NCBI GenBank assembly: GCA_964016885.1
Contig: OZ024755.1
Coordinates: 682,001 to 746,000, forward strand
Direction of reading: 5' to 3'
DNA from: Eledone cirrhosa
Taxonomy: Eukaryota
Length of the DNA stretch: 64,000 nucleotides
Shown here: in pieces, positions 10,801-21,912 of the stretch
Layout of the letters: every line of letters starts with the position of its first letter
Position numbering within the stretch: the stretch's first letter is position 1
Program-made: the position numbers and the translations under genes
Notes under the pieces: generated by a model
Databases searched by the model: none
What the model saw: only the letters and a program-made list of their open reading frames with translations
What the model was told of the DNA's origin: nothing

Positions 10801-13800
10801 TCATCATCATCATCATCATCATTTTACGTCCGCTTTTCCCTGCTTGCAAGGGTGGGACGGGTCTTATTCAGCACAGCATCTCTCCACTCATCACGGTCCT
10901 TCGTCATCTCCACCGTGAGCTTCAATGATCTGAGGTCTGTTCTCACCACCTCCGCCCATGTTTTTCATGGTCTACCTCTACCACGTCTTCCTTCAACTGG
11001 CATTTCCTGGCACTTCTTCACCCAGCGGTCATCTTCCATGTGCATCACATGTCCATACCACCTCAGTCTCCTCTCCCGTACACTACATTCTATCCCTCTC
11101 AGACACAGTTTCTCTCTCAACACATTTATGCTGGGTCGTTCACGCACATCCAACGGAGCATGCTTGCCTCATTTCTCTTCAGCCGTCGCATATCCTCTGC
11201 AGTTGCTGCCCATGTCTCACTACCATGCAGCATCGCGCTCCTCACACAGGCATCATACAACCGGCCTTTCGTACGCAGGGAGAAACCCTTCTTCGTCAAC
11301 AGAGGAAACAGCTCCCTAAACTTCTTCCAACCCGTCCTTATTCTAGATACTATGGCCTCGGAACACCCTCCTCCCATGCTAATCTGATCTCCTAGGTACC
11401 GGAAGCTATCCACCACTTCTATAGCGCCCTCCTGCATTTGAAAAATGTGTCTATTAATGCGACTTCTACTGTCTAATTTCCTTGTACATCTACTGCATAC
11501 ATATTTTTCCCTACCTGTTAGTTTGTCTGCTATCCCGCTACATCTCTTGTGTACCCAGGATCTGCATTGTGTGCATTTTATAGAATTTATGCCAGTTCCT
11601 TTTCTGCATATCGAACATGGCCATTTCTCTGACGGAATCAGAGTTTTGTGCTCTTTTCTACTCATCAACACTTTTGTCTCAGCTAGGTTCACTCTCAGTC
11701 CTCTTGCTTCCAAACTGCTGTTTCCATAGCCAGAATTTATTCTCTAGCTCCTCTACTGATTCTGCTATAAGAACCAGATCATCAGCATAGAGAAGTTCTC
11801 ATGGACAGCCAGTCTTAAACTCCTCTGTTATGGCTTGGAGGACTATAATGAACAAGAGCGGGCTGAGGACCGAACCTTGATGTACTCCTACTTGTATCTG
11901 GAATTCCTCACTAAACTCCATTCCTACCCTGACTTTACTGAAAGTACCTCTGTACAAAGTTTGCACTGTCCTCACAAGCCATTCCTCAACACCTAGCTTC
12001 CTTAGGGACCACCAGATGACAGATCGGGGTACCCTATCAAAGGCCTTCTCTAGGTCAACAAAGGCTAAGTATAGTGGCTTATTTTTCTCTAAAAACCTCT
12101 CTTGCAATTGTCTCACCAAGAAGAGGGCATCTGTTGTACTCTTCCCAGGCACAAAACCAAACTGCATCTCATCTAGTTTGACTCTTTCTCTAATTAGTTG
12201 TGCTAATATCCTTTCTGCCACTTTCATAACCTGATCCATCAGTTTTATACCCCTATAATTGCTCCTCTCCAAAGCATCCCCTTTAACTTTGTAGCAATTT
12301 ATGAGAATACTGCTGCACCAGTCTTTGGGTATGACCACCATATATAACCTAATTGATGATGCGTGTAACCAGTTTAGTGCCTACATCCCCTGATGCCTTC
12401 AGCATCTCAGCAACTATTCCCGATGGTCCAGCAGCCTTACCATTTTTCATTTCCCTAATCGCCTCTTGGACCCTATATTCATCAATCTCAATAGCTGGTC
12501 CCTCTGTCGGATCTACTAAGAGTAATTTATCTCTCTCCCATTCGTTCTCCACATTCATCAGTCACTCATAATGACATTTCAGGCCTCCTTTTTCTGATCA
12601 TTCGTGACACTAAGTACACCGGCATCATCCCGGACACATTTATCTCCAACAACATCCTGATTTGCATTAACACACTGCCTTGCAATGTGGAACACCGCAC
12701 GCCTCTGATCTTCCCGTCGCAGAACATTGGCAAACCTCCTACTCTCCGCCTCCCTGCGTGCTAAGTACACCTGACATCTAACTTCTCTCTTAGTGGCTGT
12801 ATATTCTTCCCTACTCCCACCCTTTTTCCAAGCCTTCCATGCGAGTCTTTTGTCTCTAATGGCCTTATCTACTGTGCTGTTCCACCACCAGGTCACTCTC
12901 TGTCTGGTTGGAGCTCTGCTCCAGCCACAGGTTTCATCAGTAGCCTGCAGCAAGTTGTCACGTAAGAAATTCCAGTTATTATCTATGTCATATGTCTCTA
13001 AATCGTCTTCTTTTTCGTCATATACATCTTGAAGGGCTTTCCTAAATTTGTATGTTAGTGAAAGGTCTTTTAGCTTCGAGACCTTTCTTCTCCACACCTT
13101 CCTGTATGTCTCATTCCATCTCTTGCTTACTGAGATATCACTAACGACTAACCTATGCTGTGGGGTACATTCTTCCCTGGGGTATGCCTTGGTATTAGAC
13201 ACTATCTGCCTGTCCCGTTGCCTAACTAGTAAGAAGTCAATCTGGCTTATATGCTCACCAGATTTGTAGGTTATTAGGTGATTGGCAGGTTTCTGGAAGT
13301 TTGTGTTGCAAATAGTCAATGTACCTGCATCACAAAATTCAAGAAGTCTCACTCCTTCTTCATTTCTTGAACCGTAACCGTGCCCACCATGTACCCCAGT
13401 GTAATCATCCTGGAGCTGTCCAACATGACCATTGAAGTCTCCTGCTAGCATAACAATGTCTCCGTCCTCTGTCATTGCGGTTGTTTGTAAAAGTTGCTCG
13501 TAAAAGCAGTCTTTCTCATCTTTGCCTAGGCCTGCTTGGAGAGCATAGACCGAGATGATTGTCAGTAGTCTCCTACCTACAACTAATCTAAGCTTAATTA
13601 TTCGATTACTAACTCGAACTACCTCTATTGTCTTATTGATCCATTTCTCAGCCAGGAAAATGCCTACTCCCTCTAACCCATCATCCTAACCTACCCAGAA
13701 TAGCTTATAGCTAAGACGTTTGCCTACGACTAGTCTCGCAGAGCCACCTCTCCATCTCACCTCTTGCACGCAGCACACATCCACATGCCTTCTCTCCAGC

Positions 13801-13847
13801 ATCTCCGCTATTTCAGCAGATCTACCTCTGAGAGTGCCAACATTGTG
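10801..13847 (-). mobile_element. RTE-clade LINE, near-full-length ORF disabled by stops/frameshifts (AP endonuclease + RT + PHD-type finger)
   Basis: Minus strand: NVGTL...CCVQEVRW (endonuclease start), AGDFNGHVG, SQIDFLL, NYRGIKL, QFGFVPG, FVDLEKAFDRV, GVHQGSVLSPLLF, LYADD (~11779), MLHGSETW, RRLRWYGHV; ends in (GAT)n tail at 10801. Confidence 0.95.
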
Positions 13848-13929
13848 TTGCAACTCTGAGATGCGACGTCTTCATATTTTGTTGTTGTTCCTATTTGTTG
13901 CTGTGCTGATAAGCGTTTTGGCATTGATA

Positions 13930-14066
13930 CACTGGTTGGATGCCCTTCCTAACACCAGCGCCACTTTACAGCATGGACTGGGTGCTTTTATTTGTGCCAC
14001 CAGCACTAGAGAGGTTGTCTTACTAGACTCAAGGGCCTTCTCTACTCCCTCCATTTTACAGCATGG
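13930..14066 (-). mobile_element. Diverged fragment of the RTE-associated 3' module (ggatgcccttcctaacacc)
   Basis: Same motif as 10130, 25927 and 31744. Confidence 0.6.
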
Positions 14067-14310
14067 TCATTAAAAAAAAAAAATTAAAAATATTTATTGA
14101 CACGACGCACACACACACACCAACACTCATGCATACAAACCACAAACACGCCACTCACATACCAACACTCATTCATGCATACAAACACACACACCACTCA
14201 CAAACACACACATATATATATATATATATATTACCGGCAGTACTGATACAAATACAAAATCAAAATCATGTCAGCTGTTGACTTTTCCCAGTCCAGTTCA
14301 GTTTTTATAT

Positions 14311-14508
14311 AATAATAATAATAATTGTTTCTACTTTTGGCACAAGGCCATCAATTACCCAGTACATTACTGGTACTTTATTTTATCAACCCCGTAAGGA
14401 TGAAAGGCAAAGTTAACCTCGGCGGGATTTGAACTCAGACCGTAAAGGGACGTAACTATGCTGGAAAGCATGGCGTCCGACTCTCTACCGATACTGCCAA
14501 TCCACACC
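14311..14508 (-). mobile_element. SINE family A
   Basis: Reverse complement of 6066-6270, flanked by (AAT)n on both sides. Confidence 0.9.
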
Positions 14509-15332
14509 ATATAATAATAATAATAATGTTTGCTTTACGCTGGTAATGGTGGTGGTGGTGGTGAATGGTGGTGGATGGTTTCAGTACGGTGATGGTGGTG
14601 GTGGTGGATGGTCAGTGATGGTGGCAGTTGTTGTTGCTGTAGTTGTTATTGTAGTTGCTGCCGCTGTTGCTGTTGTTGTTGTTCTTCATTTTACTGATGC
14701 TGCAGACAATGGTGTTGATGCTGTTATTGTAGTCGCATATATATAAATACATACATACACACACATTCAACACAGACAATGGTGTTGTTGCTGTCGCTGT
14801 TGTTGTTGTAATTTTGAGAGGTCTACGTAAGCATTGATATATATATATATGTATGTAAAATGTAAACAGAAATAACAACACATATACTAATGAACATGTT
14901 TTTACATTAAATACAGAGGGACATCTGTAAATGATAATAACAATATTTAGATATAAATGTACATATCTCTATTGGTCTCATAATTTTTTTTTATTTCCTT
15001 GTGTGTAGCAACACGTGGTTGTGTGTTGCTGCTGACTCTAGCAGAGCCCAAGAAAACATGTCTTGCCCTAACACCCGCCGGGTGTATATATATAAATATA
15101 TACATATCTATATACATATATATATATGTATATATACACTCCTAGTTCCACTCCTGTCTTCAGGTATGGGTACTATTTAAATTCTGCTATTTTCTCTCAT
15201 TTATGAAACTGTTATCAAACATCAAGTTTTATTTCATAGCAAAGTTAATAAATTGAAGTTATTTCATGAGGATGCTAGCGTGGAAGATGGACATTAAACC
15301 ATGATGATATATATATATATATATATATATAC

Positions 15333-15465
15333 TTGGGGAGGGTCATATTTGTGTAATAATATTGCCAGAATTAATAACAGAACATACTCACTGTTTGGTT
15401 GGTTTTCACTTCTGTGTCTTTTATATCGGTTAATTTAATTTATTCGGTCCTCAATGTTACCACTT
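15333..15465. mobile_element. Fragment of the fold-back family at 19636-20344
   Basis: ttggggagggtcatatttg...aatattgccagaattaataacagaaca...tgtttggttggttttc...cggtcctcaatgtt shared with 19702-19835; starts in (TA)n. Confidence 0.8.
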
Positions 15466-15504
15466 CTTAAAACACTGTGTTTCCTTCAATATATATATAT
15501 ATAT

Positions 15505-15925
15505 ATCTTCTTTCGCCCCCTCTGTCAGTTACACTTTCTCTCGACTGGCCTCTTCCTCGCACTTCCACTCACACATTTTCTGCTTCTCCCCTTCTCACTT
15601 TCTCCCGTTTGACCTGAAGTGGGGTCCTTTCTTGCTCACACCTCACTTGCGTCGGACGGTCTGTTTTCTCTCACTCATGAAATCCACACAGCTTAAGCTG
15701 ATCGGATTCCCATGTCCTTGTTTTTTCCTATCTTTGCGCTGCTATCCTTCTATGTTTGTTTACTTGTCCCAATAGCTTTATTTAGCTATTGCTCGCATCA
15801 ACTGGAGGTATATGATTTTTAAAGCGATGAAATACCAATGAAGGTTGGAAAATCACTGATGAAGGACTATTTTTATCATATGTAACCCATGTGCAACCAC
15901 GCAGTATTCATTCTTCTCATGTTAT
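15505..15925 (+). mobile_element. (TA)-flanked Penelope-like remnant with two decayed hammerhead-like motifs
   Basis: Pyrimidine-rich segment; ctgaagt...GAAAtcc-cagcttaagctg-ggaTT (15614-15710) and ctgatgaagg... (15856); both imperfect. Confidence 0.35.
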
Positions 15926-16710
15926 ATATATATGGCCATCAAATACATTCCAATGTTCTTATTCCAGTGAAGTTATTGATGAAACCTTTCATATCAAATT
16001 TCTATGAGGTTTACATCTAAATAAATGATCATACAACACCAACAGTTTATATCTTGCTCCTCACTATACTCTCTAAGATATAATTCAATTTCAGTTAAGT
16101 TTGTCAATCTGTGACAGTACACATGAAAGGAACTAAACTTTCCAAATTGCAGAATCAACAAGTTAAGTTAAAGTCTGTTCATCAGCCCAAAGTACAAAAC
16201 TTTCCCTGGAGAGTACACCAGTCTATCACAGGATTAACTCCCCAGCTACTGCATTTTATCATACCAAATATTTTACAGAGTGTACTAGTTGCAGTTTAAT
16301 ATGCTTATAGAGTGTATTAGCTGAATTTGATCATATTTATTGAGTATACTGTGTGCATTTTATCATATATACATATATATATATCAAAAATTAATTTATA
16401 TATGTAAAAAGTAAAAGGAATTTACAGAGAAAATAACATTAATAAATAATATATTATTTTTCCTTTATTTTCCTTATATCAAGAGATAGACCTCTTCCAG
16501 TTTTGTTCATATAATAATTCAATAGTAGTTTTGATGGAATACAGTCTGTACATACAGGTTAAAAAATATATCATTAATATAGTGAAAAATAACAAGTTTA
16601 GCAATATAATATTAATAAAAGATTTTGTGCATATAATGAGTTGTGAAAATATACATACATTGTGTTAGTGAAAGTGTTCAAGCATATTTGCTTGTTTGGA
16701 AGCAAATATA

Positions 16711-17110
16711 CTGAGCAGGTGGAAAGAAACTATTTTTCTTAATATTGTTAATAAATGTATTAATTATTGGTCGATTTTCATAAAACATGTTTTATTTTGA
16801 ACAGTATAATGGTAGAAGTACAGTATAGTATTAAAATTCTACATAGACACCAGCGTTGTCCACTAGTGTTTTTAATTGTCTGGGTATATCCTTAACTGAC
16901 CTCATCAGGAACTCAGATGCTATGTTGGTCAGTACATGATGAATGTGTTCTTCTGTAACTCACAGTGTGTACAAAATGAGGAGGCGTTCCATTTTGCATG
17001 AATATGAGGCCATTAATGTGGCTCCAAGTAGTCACGGTAGGGCAAAAGTTATAAGTAATTTTCAATAGGGAGTTTCTTTCCACCCACCCTATAAATAACG
17101 ACCAGCAGTA
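16711..17110 (-). mobile_element. Tc1/mariner transposase relic (3' part)
   Basis: Minus strand FMQNGTPPHF resembles the FQQDGAPPH catalytic motif; homologous to 42270-42630. Confidence 0.7.
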
Positions 17111-17769
17111 AAGAGCAAAACCAGATAACATAAATGTTTTTAAATTGGTAGAAATATTGTCTGATTTCATATGTCAATATATCATCCTTACGACTCCTGT
17201 TGGAGTTCCGGCCCCATACAATATGTTAGAAATCTTTCTCTGAATAGGTTGACAAACTGGAGAATACTTTCCACCTTTTCATTAGTCTGTGGCTTTGAAA
17301 AGGATCACAGATACTGCCTGATTAAACTGTAATAACCCCCTTCCAGACCCTAACTTTTTAAAATCTCACAAATTTCACTACATTAAAAGACAAAGTCTTC
17401 AATAGCGTTACAATGACTTAATGAATAATAAGATATTCCAGTCCTGCTGGAGAAAACATCCTCGCTTTGATGACTAACAACATAACAGTATATGAAATAA
17501 TAAAACGGGATAAAGATTATAAACTTATACCATTGGGAATTATAAATTAATCTGAAGACAAACAAGAAACAATGGTTCAGGTTAGAATTTTTGCATCAAT
17601 TAGGTTTTATTTTCTTGATAACATCTGGATGTTTGTCTCAGTATTTTGCACAAATAAGTAGATAAATAGATAAATAGATGACTTCACTGATTAGTATGAG
17701 GAAAATAGTAGTACATTACTATTAGTGTTACCATGGATATTAGGCTTAATAATTCTAACTTATTGGTCA

Positions 17770-17905
17770 TAAGAGAAATCAAATGTAATGTACAGGAGAC
17801 TGTGCTGGTACAGACATGTAATATACATGGATGGGGATTGTTGGGTGAAGAAGTGCCAAGTAATCCCAGTGGAAGGAAGGAAACCACAGAAGAGGAAGAC
17901 CCCAA
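17770..17905 (+). mobile_element. Old RTE 3' fragment
   Basis: RRLCWYRHV...WVKKCQVIPVEGRK resembles the RTE C-terminus. Confidence 0.65.
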
Positions 17906-18174
17906 CAAATTCCTCAGTAGTTATGGGTCCATCTATAATTACATCATCAAAGACAATCCATCTTTTGTCAATGGATTAACAGAACTATTAGAGTTATTGA
18001 TGAAATACCTGCGGTATTTAGTAAGGGACCATTTTACTTGTTTAAATCCTTCGACAGTCTGTACTTTGTCTTTCATCCTTCAGGATCAATATAATAAAGT
18101 GACATTCAAGTACTGGAATCAATTTATTACTCCTATAAATCATCATAATTGAAAACTATGAGAAAATCCCCCAA

Positions 18175-18217
<43 letters not shown>

Positions 18218-18515
18218 TGGCCTTTAGACTCACCTGATCAATGAAACAATTGTTAATACTGTAAATAAAACCCTTTTTGTACAGCCGACCATGTTATTCT
18301 TCACTCTTTCACTACTATATATATATCATCATCACTGTTTAACGTCCATCTCCAAAGCTAGCATGGGTTAGACGGTTTTGTTCCATTTGATGTGAGAATG
18401 GTGATTATAGTGGAGTACTTCAGTACTGCAGTATAAAAGAATGAATTTAAGTTGTTAACCTTGGTCTTTTGTCATATTGTACACTTCTCCCCCCTCCCCT
18501 ATCTCTCTCTCTCTC

Positions 18516-18550
<35 letters not shown>

Positions 18551-18659
18551 AGCATTACATTATTTAATCTCTCCTTCCTTCCCGTGAGGTTTGAAGGAAT
18601 TTATCTTTCTATTTCTAGCAGTTCTAGTGACTGCTCAGTAGTTTAGTGGCTCACTCATT

Positions 18660-19047
18660 GCCTCATGATGGTGATGGTGATGATGGTGATGATGGTGTTG
18701 TTGGTGGTGATGGTGTTGTTGGTGGTGATGAGGATGATGATGATGATGGCGGTGATGATGTTGTTGGCAATGAGAATGACAATGACAGTGACGTCAATAA
18801 CAATGATGATGGCAAAGGTGGTGGTGGTGGATATTAATGGTGCAATAGGTAACAATAACCACCACTACCATCATCGTCACCATCATAAACCTCAGCACCA
18901 TCACCACCACCACCACCTTGACCACCACCACCACCACCACCATCACCATCACCCTCATCATCCTCACCATCACCACCATCACCACCAACATCATCACCAT
19001 CACCACCCTCACCATCATCCTCACCATCATCACCACCACCATCATCA
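18660..19047. repeat. (GAT/GGT)n followed by (CAC/CAT)n trinucleotide repeats
   Basis: Direct reading. Confidence 0.9.
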
Positions 19048-19587
19048 AATATTATACAGTAGTTGTTAACAAAGACTCTAGCTGACACCATTAAGGAAAC
19101 TTCCTCAAAAGAAAGAAAAAAGTCATTTACAGAACAACAACAACAACAGCAACAGAAGAGAACATCTAATGACAATATAGTCTTATTATCTCTCACTCTC
19201 TCCTCCTCTATCCCCCTCTCTCTTCAAGTAGTCTTATTATCTCCCCTTTCTCACCTCTTCCCTATCCTCCTCCCCTCTCTCTCCATCTATATAACACTGT
19301 GTTAATACAAGAGCAGCAAAGATCAATTTGCTGCCAGTCTGCTAGTAGTTCCATATATTCTCTATATGTCAATAAGGATTACCTCCCTTGCCTCTAGCTA
19401 CAATTTCTAATGCATCAAACAACATCTGTGAAACCATTGATTTTTAGCTTGATTTAGCTCGTTTTTTGTGTGTGTGTGTGAGGGGGGGGGGGGTGTTTGT
19501 ATTGTTTTAGATTCTTATTAAACAAAGACTTTTTATTCTGTGTTTTATTTTAGATGGTCTCTCTCTCTCTTTCTCTCTCTGTATACA

Positions 19588-19636
<49 letters not shown>

Positions 19637-19690
19637 CGGCGATGAATTAGTTTTGCGAGGTTTTTTATATGAAATCGTGTGTCGAAACAG

Positions 19691-19980
19691 ATATTGTTAT
19701 ATTTGGGGAGGGTCATATTTGCGTAATATTGCCAGAATTAATAACAGAACACACTCACTGTTTGGTTGGTTTTCGCTTCTCGCTGTCTTTTATATATATA
19801 TATCTGCGATCTAACTTACTCGGTCCTCAATGTTGCCATTGACTGACCGGCGGTCAAAAATAATACAGATACAATATAGACACAAACATATATATAGTTT
19901 ACATAAATCTTTCGTTGCACATCTGCAACATCGTCAGTGGTGTTATATTCATTGTTCCTCCTGTTGTGTTGTATGTCTAC

Positions 19981-20012
<32 letters not shown>

Positions 20013-20344
20013 GTTCAGTCTGTCTCAGACAGACTGAACAAAAAAAAAAATGGCGTAGACATACAACACAACAGGAGGAACAATGAATATAACACCACTG
20101 ACGATGTTGCAGATGTGCAACGAAAGATTTATGTAAACTATATATATGTTTGTGTCTATATTGTATCTGTATTATTTTTGACCGCCGGTCAGTCAATGGC
20201 AACATTGAGGACCGAGTAAGTTAGATCGCAGATATATATATATAAAAGACAGCGAGAAGCGAAAACCAACCAAACAGTGAGTGTGTTCTGTTATTAATTC
20301 TGGCAATATTACGCAAATATGACCCTCCCCAAATATAACAATAT
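19691..20344. mobile_element. ~650-bp near-perfect palindrome (fold-back element) between (TA)n tracts
   Basis: Arms identical except poly-T versus poly-A length; centre gtctgtct-c-agacagac at 20026; mirrored ORFs on both strands in the ORF track. Confidence 0.9.
20096..20133 (+). ncRNA. Hammerhead-like core (mirror copy on the minus strand at ~19901-19938)
   Basis: CTGACGA t-gttgca-gatg-tgcaac GAAA gatt TA; perfect 6-bp helix II, stem I only 2 bp. Confidence 0.55.
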
Positions 20345-20360
20345 ATATATATATATATAT

Positions 20361-20468
20361 GAACCAGTAAGACCCCGACAGCTGAGCTCAAGCCGTTTCG
20401 ACGGCTAATTCTGGACAAAATTAGCCGTCGAAACGGCTTGAGCTCAGCTGTCGGGGTCTTACTGGTTC
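20361..20468. repeat. Perfect 50-bp-arm hairpin containing the 3' half of a hammerhead
   Basis: gaaccagtaagaccccgacagctgagctcaagccgtttcgacggctaatt-ctggacaa-reverse complement; GAAA-cggct-tgagctc-agctg-TC. Confidence 0.85.
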
Positions 20469-20570
20469 CTATTACCCACTCTACTACCTCAAGTATTGAG
20501 TACTTTGGTGCGTTATGGTCCACCTGGTTCCTTACCACATTTCCTTCGTTATATATATATATATATATAT

Positions 20571-21486
20571 TTAATACATTAACAGAGAAATCTTTAAGCA
20601 ATACTCCGACCGGCTTCCGTCTCACTCAACAAACATTAGGATATACCTTAGTATAATCCCAATTATACGTTTGGGGTGCTAACTATACGTATTTTGCGGA
20701 TAGCCAGTTGTATTATTTTATATGAAACATAATTAAAATACATCTCTCTTTCCAAACGATCGTTTCATTATAAGTTTTCTACAAATTGGGAAAATAATGT
20801 CCAGGTTGTGTAGAAGCCTACACTTAGTCCGTAGGAATATATGTAGGTGGGTACTTATAAATCATCAGTTGATGCCCGACAAATATCGATATAAAAAAAA
20901 AAAAAAAAACCTTACCGATATTAATGTTCAGCGATGGTACCCCTCCGTGCCAGAATGACCGCCAAATTTGAAATTCCAGCAGTCTCACAATGAGAAATCT
21001 CACACTGCCATCAAGCGGAAAGGGGAGGTCATTGCAAAACATAAAATAATAAAACAATATGCACGCGGGTCAATTAATTCTTTCAATAATTTTAACCATG
21101 CGTGAAGAACTCAATTGGATATAAACAAATAAATATATGCATGTATTATTTATACACGCATATAGGTATTTTCTTAGGCTAAAAACAGAGATAAGATACC
21201 GGAAGAACAATCAAGATTTCATACAAAGAATAAATACGGAAAGTCATACCTAAAAAGTATCTGGAAATATTCATCCCTGGCCAAATCAAGAGTATAATAT
21301 TTAATACATTAACAGACAAAGCTTTAAGCAATACTCCGACAGACTTCCATCTCACTCAACAAACATTAGGATATACCTTAGTATAATCCCAATTATACGT
21401 TTGGGGTGCTAACTATACGTATTTTGCGGATAGCCAGTTGTATTATTTTATATGAGACATAATTAAAATACATCTCTCTTTCCAAA

Positions 21487-21490
<4 letters not shown>
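20571..21490 (-). mobile_element. 730-bp unit with 190-bp direct terminal repeat and one hammerhead motif (pseudo-LTR / retrozyme-like)
   Basis: 20571-20760 repeated at 21301-21490 (about 6 substitutions); (TA)n on both outer sides. Confidence 0.7.
20751..20872 (-). ncRNA. Type-I hammerhead motif with large helix-II insertion
   Basis: Minus strand: tcaa CTGATGA t-ttataagt-[77 nt]-acttataa-t GAAA C-GATC-G TT tgga; 8-bp helix II, palindromic helix III, stem I 3 of 4 pairs. Confidence 0.6.
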
Positions 21491-21554
<64 letters not shown>

Positions 21555-21892
21555 CGTTTCTGAATTTGTTTAGCAAGATTCTTTATCTTAAAACGTGTGT
21601 TGAAACCGATATTGTTATACTTTGGGAGGGTCATGTTGCCAATAAGAAACACACGCACCAGTTGCTTTCACTTCAATTTATTATAATAAATTTATAGATT
21701 TAGGAATTTATAAATTTCCGGTTGGTTGGTTGATTCCACAACCAGATGGTTGTTTATATATTGTCAAAGTTCTTTCGTCACACATTCTGTGACCTCTTCA
21801 GTGACTGATGATTCTTTTCTTTGTTTTTTTGTGCCTCTCCTTTGTTCTGTCCTACGCCAGCAGATGGCGTAGGACAGAACAAAGGAGAGGCA
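21555..21892. mobile_element. Diverged member of the 19636-20344 family, ending in a 28-bp-arm hairpin
   Basis: Shares gaaac.gatattgttata..tgggagggtcat and ctacgcca; hairpin tgcctctcctttgttctgtcctacgcca-gcaga-tggcgtaggacagaacaaaggagaggca (21832-21892); TA-flanked. Confidence 0.7.
21763..21805 (-). ncRNA. Minimal type-I hammerhead ribozyme motif
   Basis: Minus strand: gtca CTGAAGA g-gtcaca-gaatg-tgtgac GAAA gaac TT tgac; stem I 4 bp, helix II 6 bp. Confidence 0.65.
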
Positions 21893-21912
21893 TATATATA
21901 TATATATATGTG

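Noticed and set aside
15020-15070. Hammerhead at ctgctga-ctctagcagag-cccaa-gaaaacatgtc
   Set aside because: Core mismatch, extra nucleotides before GAAA and no stem I
19636-19705. Plus-strand hammerhead opposite to the minus-strand one (ambisense, viroid-like arrangement)
   Set aside because: Only GAAAC...GTT is present; upstream gcgatga is not CUGANGA and helix II cannot be drawn convincingly
19816-20219. Near-identical 129-aa ORFs on both strands
   Set aside because: Consequence of the palindrome; no protein-like composition
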